Both the position numbers and the translations under genes were made by a program. Shown here piece after piece: positions 1 through 12,300 of a stretch of DNA of 64,000 nt. The stretch covers positions 1,054,001-1,118,000 of the forward strand of contig LSRY02000015.1 of NCBI GenBank assembly GCA_001643675.2. Reading direction: 5' to 3'. Numbering within the stretch: position 1 is the stretch's first letter; every line of letters begins with the position of its first letter. The DNA is from Monocercomonoides exilis PA203. Lineage: Eukaryota > Protista > Preaxostyla. The notes below the pieces were generated by a model. It made no database searches. It was not told the DNA's origin and worked only from the letters and a program-made list of their open reading frames with translations.

Positions 1-312
1 ATAAGAGGAAAACGAAGAAGCAACAATATTTTCAATTTTTGATTTCATTGATAACCTTAATAGCGTTGCATAAATACCACTTATCATCAATATCAAAATT
101 GTTTTTCTTTTCAATTTAAATGACTTTTTTTACAAGTCATGGAAACATTCCTCCTCTCCCTCCCCTCCCAGAAAATATTCAATTTAGAAATAAAATCAAT
201 ATTTGAACCATTTTTGGATAATTGGTGGTGCTCTTAATTCATTTTTGATGAATTCTTTATGTTTCAACAATAATGAAATTTTTCACAAATATCTTTTCAA
301 TATTTTTTTATA

Positions 313-581
313 TAGGGCAACATATTTGTCTTCAGGCATTTTCATTGAAAAATCATTCACTTTTCATTGACTTTTTTGAATCAAAAAACACAAAAAATAT
401 AATTCCTATTTTTGACATTCGAAAAATACTGGAAAACTTTATGTATTGATTTCAACGATGCCTGTTTGCGGATGTTATAATCCAATTCGTTTTCATATTA
501 GGAAAAATTTAGGAAAGTTTTAAATGATGCTATTTTTCTTGCTTTGCGCAGAAGCAGCTTGAAAGTCCGAATTTTCCCCCA
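313..581. mobile_element. MITE family A copy (269 bp, TA-flanked)
   Basis: TA|TAGGGCAACATAT...ATTTTCCCCCA|TA; collinear diverged copy at 19081-19349 (shared anchors caggcattttcattg and ttttcccccatat at a constant offset of 18768). Confidence 0.7.
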
Positions 582-1010
582 TATGTTATTTGCTGACAAT
601 CATTCGTTGTTAAAAAACATTTCAATAATTATATTTGCAAAAAATAATATTTTTTTATTTACGATTGTCACAAAAATAATTAAAATGATAATTTTATCAA
701 AATTTGTTGGTTTCCGTTCTGAAAATTATTCACTTGATATTTGAAAAAAAAAGTTGTGATTAATAAACAGTAATTTTTGATTACCACAATTTTCATAAGA
801 AAAATGATCTTCCCACAATTTTCATAAAACTTGACATTTGTTGATGAAACTTAAAATAACTGCCTTATTTTCAATTTTTTAGAAAAATTTTTAAATTTCT
901 TTATAATTTCAAAATAACATATTCAAATTTCAAAATTTTTCAAAAATTTCACAATTACACAAAAAATGCACAATTCATCTATTATTTTCAATAACAGAAA
1001 TTATCAGCTA

Positions 1011-3049
1011 GGGTGGTTATTTTATCCGGACATTTTTTTTATCCGGACAAAAATTTTAATTATGAATTATTTCTTCCCACTTTTTGGATATTTTATAATA
1101 TTTTTGATATATAAGGAAAAGTCAACAGTTTGAATTTCAGATCAAATTACTATACCTAATCTCTGATAGGGGGGGAGATGGGGGGGGGGGGGGTTAGCTC
1201 CTCCATCTCTGATTTGTGCCTCCCCTGAGGAGATTAGGTAATAGCAAGGGGTATTACTAAGTTAGAATTTAATCGAAAAAAATTTTTTGATTTTATTTCA
1301 TTTCAAAAAAAATTTTTTTATAAAAATAAATAAAGATCATAACCATAACTTTATTTGTATGAGCGCAGTGAAACAAAGAAAAGAAATTGGACTAACGAAG
1401 TTAAGAGATTTGATGATATCTTTCCAGTATCGTCAAATCAAAAATCGATTAGTACATATTGCCACAATAAATGCTGATGGAAAATGCCGTGTTACCAACG
1501 CTGCTAATCTGAATGAATTCTCTCGTTCATCGATAAACCGAGCTGTAACTGCCGTTGAAAAGGGAAGAACCGTGGGAAAAGTTGGCCGGCCAGAGCTGTT
1601 CACAAAAGATGACAAAGAAGTGATAACAGGAGTCATCAGAATCGAAAGTGTGACAGGAGTGAGTTATTCTGTAACTCAAACAAAACTATTGGTGTGCATT
1701 ATTATTTCTTTCTAATAAATATTTATGATTGATTATTATTAAAGATGGAATCAGTGCTAACCGATAGAAAAATTCGAAGTGGAGAAGAAGAAGATCAAGA
1801 AGTTAAAATTTCAAAATCAACTCCGTATTCGTTTGTCAAACGAAATCCAGATTTGAAAACGTCCATTCCTCAAAACGTTGATATTCAACGTTTATCTGTA
1901 TCCAATAAGCAGTCTCTTCAACCTTTCTTCTCTCTTCTGAAATCACTTCATGACACTCACAAATACTCCACTTCACTCATCTTCAACACCGACGAATCCT
2001 CTTTGAGTCTCTCCGACTCCACAAAACAACTTGCTGTTCATCCTTCAGATGTTCCAGTCGGGTTTTCCAAGACACCAATCTTCGAGCCAAACTCCACCCT
2101 TGTGGTTGCAGTTGCAGCAGATGGTTATTCTTCACCAAGCCTTGTTCTTTGGCCATCCAAAAGACTTCCAAAAGAAATGAAGGTCTTGCTCAGCCCGCAG
2201 ATTCACGCCTGGGCAGACAATGATGGATGGATGACAGATGCATTGTTTGCGCGATATGCTGAAGAGATACTACTGTCTGGAATAGTTGAAAGAAGAAAAT
2301 TGTTAGACATGAATGAAGATAGATGCTTGCTTCTCTTGGATTCTCATCCTTCAAGAGCACAGCCAGATCTTTGGTAAAAAAAAAAATGCATCAATTGGTG
2401 TCGTTACGTTTATCCAACGCAACACTCATCTTTCACAGCCACTTGACCGTGGAGTTTTTGATGTGTTTAAAAGATGTTTCAATTCAAAAAATGTTGTTCC
2501 ATCTTCTTCGATCGAACTCAGACGAAAAGCAGTTGCAAATGCCTTGCCACAAGCTTTGCAAACTGCATTGCTACCTTCAACAATTCACTCTGCATTTGAA
2601 AAGAGCGGCGTGTTGTCTGGGCAGTCCAATTCTGTATTGATGAAGTTACCTGACACTCCTTCTGTTCAGCTGAAAAAAAAATCCCATCGTTTCAATTTCC
2701 ATGGAAAAAATATTACCGACCAAGCATTTTTAGATGAATGGAAAGCATACAAAAAGATGAAAGAGGAAAAGAATATTGATGATTCTGCAGAAGAAATAAT
2801 TGAAAAAGATTTGTTTTCTGAAGAGAAGCCGAAAAAAAGAAAAATATTCAAATCCCAAATTTTAAAAGATGATGATTTAGAAGATGATAATGAACGAAGA
2901 AATACCAGAAAAATTATTAAAAGAGAATTGATGGATTATATTTACTATTGATTGTTGCATTTTTTTTAAAATTTCAACATGCGATTTATAAAAAAATATT
3001 TATTTTTTTATCAAAAAATAAAAATTATGTCCGGATAAAAAAATCACCC
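1011..3049 (+). mobile_element. pogo/Tc1-mariner superfamily DNA transposon
   Basis: 22-bp TIRs GGGTGGTTATTTTATCCGGACA (1011-1032) and TGTCCGGATAAAAAAATCACCC (3028-3049), 2 mismatches; TA at 1009-1010 and 3050-3051; internal DDE_1 transposase. Confidence 0.92.
1359..2951 (+). pseudogene. DDE_1 (pogo-like) transposase with one intron and a stop/frameshift
   Basis: Exon 1359-1691 (111 codons, HTH-like with GRP motif), GT-AG intron 1692-1744, then exon from 1745 with FNTDES, GWMT and LLLLDSH. TAA plus A-run at 2375-2386; the THLSQPLDRGVF motif continues in another frame to 2951. Confidence 0.85.
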
Positions 3050-3325
3050 TATTGCATTTAAAAACTTTCTTTAAAAAGTTAATTTTCTTTGATTTTGAAA
3101 TAACGAAATAGATTCATTTTTTAAAATTGTCTATATCTCTAAACATCACATTGTATTGATAAGCTATATTCATTAAATATGAAATATAAGTCATCGAAGT
3201 GAGGGGAAATATTGAAAATATATATATATCATCAAAAACATAATTTTATCACATATTCAAATTTGTTCATATGAAAATACATAAATAAAACAAACAAAAT
3301 GTGAAATACATAAAAAGTCTGAAGA

Positions 3326-6300
3326 TCACATTGATCCAATCATTGACTGCCTCCGTAGAATTGAATTTGGTCTGTTTGGTCTTAGTAGCAAAGCAAGCGC
3401 TTGGTCGTCACGAGTAAAATGGTTTTGCAGAAGCATAGTTATCTGCTTCTTCCCAATAATTGTCGTCTCACGCTTTTTCGCCTTGATGATATCGCCCAGC
3501 ACTGTCAGCCTCTGCCTGATGATCAGATGCTGCCGAGTGTGATAGTTTCTCACAGCCAACAGAATTGAGACAGGAACATTCGCAGACTCGAATGCATTAG
3601 GTGTAGGCGTCATGACTGATGGCGACACAACACTGTTGACATCTTCAAAGGGGGATTTGCACGCGTCTTCGGAGAATGCGTCACCTGTCAGCACAGACGG
3701 AGTGATGGGCGAATAATGCGGCTGAGAGGCACGTCTGATTGCAGAATTCATAGCGCGCTCTTCGCGCTGGAACGCTTCCAGAATCTTCGCCATCAGCGCT
3801 TCGTACAACGACACAATCGTGGCTGTCGACGATCTCCAGTTCAGAGACTCAAACAGGTTCTGAACAATCTCCATCACTTCCCGCCTCCGCTCGTCCAACG
3901 CAGGGAAATCAGTCGTCATTGCCTTTGTGAATGAAGTCTCGACTTTTTCTTCGTCTTCTTCTGGAAGCATCAGCATCAGACTGTTGGTGATCTTCGTCTT
4001 GTTCCGAAACGAACGATACAGAAATGTGAGCAAACAAGAATCAAGAATGATGATGCACAGCACAATCCCAACAGAAACCAGTATGACAACGTTCTGTGCA
4101 GATTTTATCTGTTCAGCAGCTGCAGCCACAAGATAATTGCTGATATTGTCCATCCCTTCCAGCAGGTCATAGCGTACAGCAGACACAACAAACGGGTAGA
4201 TCGGGTTCTGTGCTGTGATGGTTGACAGCTCGCAGTGCGAAAGAGTCTGGATTTGTGTGCAGAGGCGAGTGTATATCATCATCAGAGAAGGCGGCGCAAG
4301 CTCGCTGTATCTGTACAATCGCGTGGTGAGATCCAGACTTGAGCATGTTTCCTTGTTCTGCACAAAGCACTCCTTGTTGTGCAGCAGCGCCTCGCCATTC
4401 ACTGCTGTCGGTGCCCTCGTGTTTGGCAGGTTGTCGATGATAAAGTCAGACGTCTTTGCTGCATCGTGATTTCCAAAGTGGATCTGCCTGTGCATCCGGT
4501 TCAGATACGAGTTCAGCTTAAACATGATCGTGGCCAGCACTTTTCTGTCGGTGCACATGTGGTCAGTGCTGTTCCATGCGGGGTTTGTGGAGTATGCATA
4601 CTCCATCCGGTTTGGAATATCAATGGAAGCATCATTTGTCACAATGCGCATCATAATCACCTGGATCATCACCAGAACAGAAGGGCGGAGTCCAGAAACA
4701 ATCAGCATTGCGATGTAGTCCTTGAAGGCGATGGTCAGCTGAGCAACGACTTCTATTGCAGCCACTGTACAAAGATAGTTGAACACGAAGATGCTCAGCA
4801 TCATGATGATGTCGACGACTGAGAAGTCTGCTGGAAAGTGTTTGAAGCCATCCTCCATCTTGTCCAGATCGGTGAACAGCTGCTGCTCCCACTCGTCGTC
4901 TGCAACGGTGCGTCTCAGAAACCCACGTGGCTGTTCATGTTCTTCATCGTTTTCATTCAAATCTCTCAAAAGCGGTGGTAACTTTTTGTTGAGCGCTGAA
5001 AGCGCAGAAAGATCAGGGAATTTTGAGCCACTGGAGAAAGATGCATTTGACATCAAAGGAAAAACTGGAGGAAAAGAAGCAGTGGATGATGAATTGGATG
5101 AAGAAGATGATGATGAAGAGAAAGAGGAAGAAGTTGCTTGGAAGCAATCTGCATTTGCTCCTGTGTTTGTGTTTGATTGAGGTGAATATGGTGTGGAGAA
5201 GGAAGAAGAGCGGCACTGCAGCACCATCGCCTGCGAGCTGCGCATAGGTGAAATGGAAGAAGAAGGGATTTGCTGCGCTGAAAGCGGCTGCTGCGGATTC
5301 TCAGCAGAAACATTGTTTTTCAGCGGCGAAGGCATCCTCACGCGCGGCGACTGTGCCTGAAACTGCAGCATGGAAAGAGAAGTGGACGGCGGCAGAAGCG
5401 GCTGAGATGCCTGCGACTGCAGCTGAGGCCGTGGGGAAGGAAACTGCGCAGAGGAGCCGAAAAGAGAGGGCTCTCTTTGGATCAGCAGCGGATTCATCGA
5501 GTCAGACGGGTTGAGCGACGCTGCATCGTCGAGTCTCGTGTCAGCATATTCGTATTCTTTGCCGCGAGGCTCAAAGCAATCAGCGTCTTCTTCATCAAAC
5601 TGGCCTTCGATTCCTTCGCTCTTCTTGTGGTTCATTCCAGTGATGACGAGGCGCAGCTGTTCTTGCACCTGCTGCTTTGTCATTGAGTACAGTTTTGCAT
5701 AAGTCGACTTCCGCTGCGAGATAATGTCGTACATAATCACAATAGAGAAAATTAGGTAGATGATGCTCAGGAGATTCACCACGTTGGACAGAACCACCGA
5801 ATATGAGGTGATAATCCTATCGTTTGCATCAGAGGTGGACTGATACATCGCAAACAGGATTTTCTTCCCCCCTTCCACAGCTGACTGGAATGTGTTGCAC
5901 ATCAAAAACATAATGTTCGTGTGGAAGTCCGGGTTCGTTTCAGGCGAGTCCGAAGAGCCAATCAACCTCGCTTTCTGCACAAGAATAGCCAGAAGATCCA
6001 TCATCGACGTGGGCTTGTGCACTTGTGTGACTGTTGATGCGCGTAATGTGTGTGAATTTGAAGTGGAGTATGAAGTGGATGAGTTGTTTTCAGAAAAATC
6101 AGATGCTGATGAATTCGTTGGAGGAAAAGAAGATAATGATGAAGATGAAGACGAAAATGAAGATAAATTATCAGAAGATGTTGAAGGACATAAACTTGTA
6201 TTACTTACAGTCAAATCCTCATCCGATTTCACAGCATCGTCTGAGCCAATCATATTCCCACCGCCATACTCATTTATTGTGCTTGTAACTGTCGAAAAGT

Positions 6301-9082
6301 ACTCCATCTCAATCGACACAGTCTCCCACGGCGCAACATTCTCTGAGTCTTCATACAGCCTCAGCGTGACTGACTCAATGATATTCGCCAGTTCAATCAG
6401 CCTGCGCGAACAAAACGAAACCCGCGGACGAACAGTGATTTCGACATCTTTGTTGACAAAGTTCTCAACTTCGTGCAAGTGGAGGAACATTCCAAAGGCA
6501 GACAGTTTTGAAGCAGACGTGACTGCGCTACAGATCTGCTGAAGAGACTCAAACTCTGTTATGTGATTTGACGCAAACGAAGAAAAAATCATTGAAGTTC
6601 CGATGAATGCGATACATATCAGCAGCGCAATCAAAGCAGACGCCAGCACAAACCGCGCAGCCACATTCTTCGAAGAGCGGTTGCCATTCAGCTCCATCAG
6701 AATCGATGCCTTCATACTCGACAAGGAATCCTTGTTCTTCCGGCTTCTTCGCCTGCGCCGGTTACCGGTATAGTTCATATTCGGCGGCAGCTCTGCATGC
6801 GATCCCGAACGAAACTGTGTCCTTGAGCCAGCAAACTGCGACCCTCTTCTTTTTGTGTCCCGCTCGAAATCTGGGTCAAACTCTTCGAACTCCTCCTCTG
6901 CCTGAATCGCCCGCGCAAAGAACACCTCAGCCATCGTATCGTCGTGGAACACCTCCAAAAGCAGCTGGCCGTAGTTGTTCAGCAGCTTCACATTCATCGG
7001 GTCTGCATCGAGCGCTTCCTCATACCCCTTCTTCGCAGCAGAAGAGGCCTTGGTGATGTTGTTGATGAGCTTCGGTATGATTTTGAGTGTGTCTACAGAC
7101 TGACTCAGCATTATCCTCCAAAACATCTGCAGCTCATTCCTCACATTCTCGTGCTCTTCTTCAGCGGCTGTAATCTTCGCCTGCAGCGCCATTGTCGACA
7201 AATGCATATCATCTTCATCCTCAAAATCGTCCTCTTCCTCGTCTTCGTACTGGCCATATCCGAATGTGCTTTCACTGCTGGACAATCCACCTTTTCGTCC
7301 AACCGCCGCACCTCCACTTCCTCCTGCTCCTCCTCTCCTGTTGGTATCTTCTCCGTTCTGTTCATCTCCGTTGGCAGGTTTGTCCCCTCCCTCCCCTTTT
7401 GATTCGTCCTCATTGCCCTTCGCTACCATCAGGCTGCTGTTGCTGCTGCTCGGCGAGATGTACGACTGTTGGTTGTATCCATTGCGGTTTCTGTGGATGC
7501 GCCTGTTTTTGCGCACTCCGCTCAATTTCTCTCGCTGTTCTCGTTTGTCTTTGTCGATCTGCTTTCGCAGTGTCTTCGAGTTGATGGTGAAAGCCACTCG
7601 CATCGGTAGGTTCATCATTCGGCACTCCGTCAGCAGCTGCGACGCCTTCCGCATGTTCTTCGCAAAGAATTCCTGGAAGAGAGTGTAATCCAGCACCAAA
7701 TCAGGTGCCAGCGAGAACTTCTGGAATGCTATCAAATAACCGCTGTTTGCCAGCTCAATCAGCTCGTCTGTGCGGTACTGCTTGTACTGAAGAAAGCGGA
7801 ACCCCTTTTCGACATACGACTCCGAAGACAGCCTCATCACTCGCTTTCGTAGCGTTGTCATCGCTGGTGATTGCTCTTCCTTTTCATCAGGTGGTCCTTG
7901 CAAAGGCTTTCCAACTCTTGAGTTTACTTTTGCTTCGATCTCGACCCCATTGTTGCTGCTGCTGTTTTTCTGCTCCACGCCTTCTTCAAATGAGTTTGTG
8001 CTGTCCTCGTATTGAGTAAAAAATGACTCTGAGTTCAGTTGCTCTTCAGAGAAAAACCACAGCTTCTTCATCTTTTTCTTAAGAAATATGCAGTACACAA
8101 TCCCAAGAATAACAGAAAAAACACCTCCAAGAACCATCATCAAATATTGTCCATTGAAATGCAAACGATCCTTATTTGCACCCATTCCAATTTCACTACA
8201 TAAGCGAAGCGTTCCAAAGGCAACAAACATTAGTCCATGAATGCAATTTCCTGCATATGTATAAAATGGTTGCTTCAGAAGAATAACAGTGGCCATTGCT
8301 GCTGACGTTCCGATAGTTACTAGCCCTCTCCAAAATGGCCAATCAACCAACATTCTCATTGCAAACACACACCCAAAAATCATTACATAAAAAACAGAAG
8401 TCCACATTCCATTAGATATTGAAGTAATACCACCGTGTTTTGGATTTTGTTGTGTGATCAGAATGTTAATCAAGAAAAACATAATTAAAAGCAGAGGAAG
8501 GCATTCGTACGAAAGAATGCGCGCAATTAATGGTAAAGGCGTTCTTTCAAAACATAATCGATGAGTTGATCTCAAAACATTTTCAGAGACTTCACTATCA
8601 TTGAAGCAATCAATAACATCAATTAGTATGTGCAACGATGGGATGAATAAGATTGTTTGTATCAAATCATGAAATAGCAATTCGCATTCAATAATCAAAG
8701 GCCATCGATTATATGCTTTCTGGAAAAAAACGGCAACCAATGCTGCAAAAATAAAGAAGAAATTATAAAAAATTCCAATTGCTATTGTTAGAATTGGTGC
8801 ATTATTTCCAAGTGGAGCATGAAATGAAGAGCCATCAAGATATCCAAAGATTCGAGAAACATTTGTCTGTTGATGTGTAAATGGATCAACTTCATAAAAT
8901 GCAAGAGCACAAAAGGAAATCATCATCACTATAAAAAGAAAAAATTCTAAAAATCTTATATCTCTCTTTGGCTGTTTTGAAAAAGAACAATAATTGCAAA
9001 AGTTTAAAATATAGTCAAGCCTGCCGATATAGCGGATGGAAAAGCAATAGCAAAATTTTCGTAAATATTCCCACTCCATCAA
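3326..9082 (-). CDS. TmcB/TmcC-like multipass membrane protein with TPR-like segment and C-terminal degenerate hemerythrin-like domain (true start uncertain)
   Basis: 1918-aa ORF; ~8 N-terminal TM segments; FWRIML...YEEALDADPMNVKLLNNYGQLLLEVFHD motif typical of TmcB/C; four further TM segments; C-terminus FPALDERR, AFQREERAM, HTRQH, NHFTRDD. Confidence 0.8.
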   Translation of the reverse strand: MMEWEYLRKFCYCFSIRYIGRLDYILNFCNYCSFSKQPKRDIRFLEFFLFIVMMISFCALAFYEVDPFTHQQTNVSRIFGYLDGSSFHAPLGNNAPILTIAIGIFYNFFFIFAALVAVFFQKAYNRWPLIIECELLFHDLIQTILFIPSLHILIDVIDCFNDSEVSENVLRSTHRLCFERTPLPLIARILSYECLPLLLIMFFLINILITQQNPKHGGITSISNGMWTSVFYVMIFGCVFAMRMLVDWPFWRGLVTIGTSAAMATVILLKQPFYTYAGNCIHGLMFVAFGTLRLCSEIGMGANKDRLHFNGQYLMMVLGGVFSVILGIVYCIFLKKKMKKLWFFSEEQLNSESFFTQYEDSTNSFEEGVEQKNSSSNNGVEIEAKVNSRVGKPLQGPPDEKEEQSPAMTTLRKRVMRLSSESYVEKGFRFLQYKQYRTDELIELANSGYLIAFQKFSLAPDLVLDYTLFQEFFAKNMRKASQLLTECRMMNLPMRVAFTINSKTLRKQIDKDKREQREKLSGVRKNRRIHRNRNGYNQQSYISPSSSNSSLMVAKGNEDESKGEGGDKPANGDEQNGEDTNRRGGAGGSGGAAVGRKGGLSSSESTFGYGQYEDEEEDDFEDEDDMHLSTMALQAKITAAEEEHENVRNELQMFWRIMLSQSVDTLKIIPKLINNITKASSAAKKGYEEALDADPMNVKLLNNYGQLLLEVFHDDTMAEVFFARAIQAEEEFEEFDPDFERDTKRRGSQFAGSRTQFRSGSHAELPPNMNYTGNRRRRRSRKNKDSLSSMKASILMELNGNRSSKNVAARFVLASALIALLICIAFIGTSMIFSSFASNHITEFESLQQICSAVTSASKLSAFGMFLHLHEVENFVNKDVEITVRPRVSFCSRRLIELANIIESVTLRLYEDSENVAPWETVSIEMEYFSTVTSTINEYGGGNMIGSDDAVKSDEDLTVSNTSLCPSTSSDNLSSFSSSSSSLSSFPPTNSSASDFSENNSSTSYSTSNSHTLRASTVTQVHKPTSMMDLLAILVQKARLIGSSDSPETNPDFHTNIMFLMCNTFQSAVEGGKKILFAMYQSTSDANDRIITSYSVVLSNVVNLLSIIYLIFSIVIMYDIISQRKSTYAKLYSMTKQQVQEQLRLVITGMNHKKSEGIEGQFDEEDADCFEPRGKEYEYADTRLDDAASLNPSDSMNPLLIQREPSLFGSSAQFPSPRPQLQSQASQPLLPPSTSLSMLQFQAQSPRVRMPSPLKNNVSAENPQQPLSAQQIPSSSISPMRSSQAMVLQCRSSSFSTPYSPQSNTNTGANADCFQATSSSFSSSSSSSSNSSSTASFPPVFPLMSNASFSSGSKFPDLSALSALNKKLPPLLRDLNENDEEHEQPRGFLRRTVADDEWEQQLFTDLDKMEDGFKHFPADFSVVDIIMMLSIFVFNYLCTVAAIEVVAQLTIAFKDYIAMLIVSGLRPSVLVMIQVIMMRIVTNDASIDIPNRMEYAYSTNPAWNSTDHMCTDRKVLATIMFKLNSYLNRMHRQIHFGNHDAAKTSDFIIDNLPNTRAPTAVNGEALLHNKECFVQNKETCSSLDLTTRLYRYSELAPPSLMMIYTRLCTQIQTLSHCELSTITAQNPIYPFVVSAVRYDLLEGMDNISNYLVAAAAEQIKSAQNVVILVSVGIVLCIIILDSCLLTFLYRSFRNKTKITNSLMLMLPEEDEEKVETSFTKAMTTDFPALDERRREVMEIVQNLFESLNWRSSTATIVSLYEALMAKILEAFQREERAMNSAIRRASQPHYSPITPSVLTGDAFSEDACKSPFEDVNSVVSPSVMTPTPNAFESANVPVSILLAVRNYHTRQHLIIRQRLTVLGDIIKAKKRETTIIGKKQITMLLQNHFTRDDQALALLLRPNRPNSILRRQSMIGSM

Positions 9083-9399
9083 GTGCTAACGACTTGCTTG
9101 CTATCATCTATGAAAGTAATAGGATAAAACGTTGGGACTAATGAATAATAATGTATACTCTGATCTTTTTTGATATTTTTATTCAATATCAAACTCGTTC
9201 AAAATATTTCAAATCTGCATCATTGATTCAATTGAACGAAAATGGATCCTTTGAAGGTTGATCATAATTCGCTCAATTAGAACAAAATATTTTGTTTCCG
9301 ATTTTTGTTCCACGCATTCAAAATGCCTATAACTTATATTTCAAATAAAACTATTACCCTTCACCAAATTTTTATTTCACTTTTTCATTAAATTCTTCA

Positions 9400-12300
9400 T
9401 ATTTATTATTCACAAAAAAAAAATTGCAAGCTTTCCTGGGAAACAAAACCTGGATCCAAGGCCTTCAAGTTTTTTTGCATTTTTCAACAAAAAAACAGGA
9501 CGGGTTTAGTCTTGTCTACGTTCTTAGTAATTAACCAACTCATTGGATAAGCAAAAGCAACAATTTATTTTTTATTCTTTAGAGATATTTTACAATTACA
9601 TAATTCATTTAAAAATCTTCTTCCATTGACATTGAATTCAGCATGCCTTCATTTCCCATTTCCGTTATTTCAACATTGATGCTTTTATTAGTGAAATTGC
9701 TATCAAGCGTCATTGAAAAACTATTTTCCTGATTCACATGACTTTGATAATTATTTGATAAAGAATTTTCACAAAAAGTATTACAAAAATTCGAATTTAA
9801 GAAACACACCTTTGACATTCCTGCGTATCTTTCATATGTATTTATTTGATTCACACAACTATCATTTTCAGTATTATCATTGTCAATACAAGTTTTTTCG
9901 CTGTTAAAAAAAATTCAATATTTTCAACCTATTATCAATTCCTTTTCGAACATTTTTTCCAAATCTTCCTTTTTTTGTGTCTTCTTTTTCTTTCTCTTTA
10001 TTTCTATTATCGTCAAATAATTTTCTTTTTTCATTGTCTTTTCTCATATTTATTTTGTAAGTTATTTCAATCATGCCTGCATTCAAATTGCTGCTTAATG
10101 GTGATCCCATCAATTTTCCATTATTTTTCCTGATAATTAAAAAACTTTTCATGTTTTTAACAACAAGCTCACCCCAGCTAATTTCCGGTAACTCTTGAAG
10201 CCTGATGAATAGTAACATACACAATAAATAAAGAAAGAAATGAAGAAAGAAAGAGAAAGAAAAAGAAAGAGAAATAAATGAAGAGAGAAATAAAAACTGA
10301 GAGAAATAAAAATTGAAATAAATAAAAAGAATAAAATTTTTAGACACACAGTAAAAAATAAAGTTTTGTTTGTGTTTTTTTCGTTTTCAAAAATTCTGTC
10401 GAAGCAGATGACGATGAATTAGAAGATGCAGATGCTAATTCAGATATGATATTATTTGAAATATAAATTGAAGAATTATTATTTACATTAATTAAATATG
10501 AATAACAATTAAAACAGAAAAAATCAATCAAATCAAAAATATTGTTTATTATTTTAATATCCAAATTATTATTAATTAAATTCGTTAAAAAACCAAATTC
10601 ACTGTCGTAGTCGTTTTTGCCATGGTGTTCAGCAAAAAATGAAAGTGAACAATGTTTATTTTTTAAAAGAAAAGAATTATCAGAAAATAATAAATATCAA
10701 ATTCTTGAATTACTAAAATGCGGTCCATTGTCGCAAAAAACGAAAAGAATCAACATTAATAAAAATATCAAATTATAATAATTAATAAATACATTCACAA
10801 ACAAAACGATAATCGTATGATAATATTTCAGAAAAATAATTAGAACAACACTTTTTTTAAATACCAAAATTATCAACATAAAAAACAACAAAACACAAAT
10901 GAGAAATTTGTTTCTTGGAAAAAAAGCTCCTCCCAGTTTCATAATTTGAAATGGACACCCATCAGTTTTCCTTAAAATCCATAAGGATTATTTCTTCGTT
11001 TTTTTTCAATTAATTTTTCATAATATGAAAAAACTCTCTCTGTTAAGTTGCCATTTTCTTGTGTTCTTTAATCAACTGCATTTCTTTATTTTCATTCTCT
11101 CTCAATTTTTTCCCGTTTCTTTTTTATTCTCTCTCTTTATTTTCTAAATATTCTCCTTTCATACACACCTCGCAAAGATCTTTTCTTTTCTTTGCTTTTT
11201 CAATATTTCTCTTTTTCTAACATAATGAAGAATATGATATTTTTTGCTTCAATTTCTTTTTTCATATCATCATAAAGTTGCTTTTTCGTTTTTTCAATTA
11301 TTCTTTTTTTATTTTCTGAAAATTGCTTTTTCTTTTCATATCCTTTCATTTCTTTTTTACAAGTTTTTTCGTTATTTTCAAGACGATTTTATTGATGATG
11401 GCTGATGATTTGATGAATAGAGTCATTATTTTCAATATTATCTTTATTTTTGTCAAATATTTTTTCTTTTATCTTTTTTTTCAACAAATAATTCGTTTCA
11501 ATTATCGAAGAAGAATTTAATTGTTGGTCTGTCTCATGTGATGTGTAAATTTCTTCAATATTTTGATTGATGTGGTTGTGTGTGATGTTTGGCATAAGCG
11601 AAGTTGTCAAGCATGTGAGATCTGCATCAACTGCTCAATCAACACAAGCAGGGCTTTCTGCCAAATGATTAAATGAAGTCTGAGGATCGATGGAAGTTGA
11701 TAGTGCTTTTTCTCTTTTTGCCAAGAATGTTTTTAATAAAAGTGAAAATTTTTTAAACATATGTTAATAAATATTTTATTGAATTATTTCACAATGTTAT
11801 TGACATATATGCATAATGATAAAAAACTGAATGCGTTTATTCCTTCTTCTTCTGTTCTTGCAACTTGATGAACTGTGGCACAACAGCCAGCTTTCAATAC
11901 TTTCATGTTGTTCATCTGCTTTTTGAAGAGAAACATTTTCTTAATCAAACATTTGTTTCAAGTCATCTTTTGGCAAAAAAAAAACTTTGCATGCCTTTTT
12001 TGCTGAAGCTTTCCTTATGGTTTTGTTGGATATCAGGGAAGATTTGTTGTTTGCTTTTCTCGCGAGAGTTTTAATACTCCCCGCGAGTCAGGACGAAGCC
12101 GTGGCTTGTCAGTTCGCCAAAAGAAAAATCCAAAGAAAGTGATCCCAATTAGCTGATTTTCTCTTTGCAATTCCAAGAGTTGTGCCGCACAGCTAACTTT
12201 TTAAGAGTGCTTTGGATTTTCTCTAAATTTAAAATCAATTCATTGGAATATACATAAATATTAATAGAAAAAAATAAAAGAAAGAAATAAAAATTAAAAA

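Noticed and set aside
2375-2390. Programmed frameshift in the pogo transposase
   Set aside because: The stop codon precedes the A-run and the adjacent motif is degenerate.
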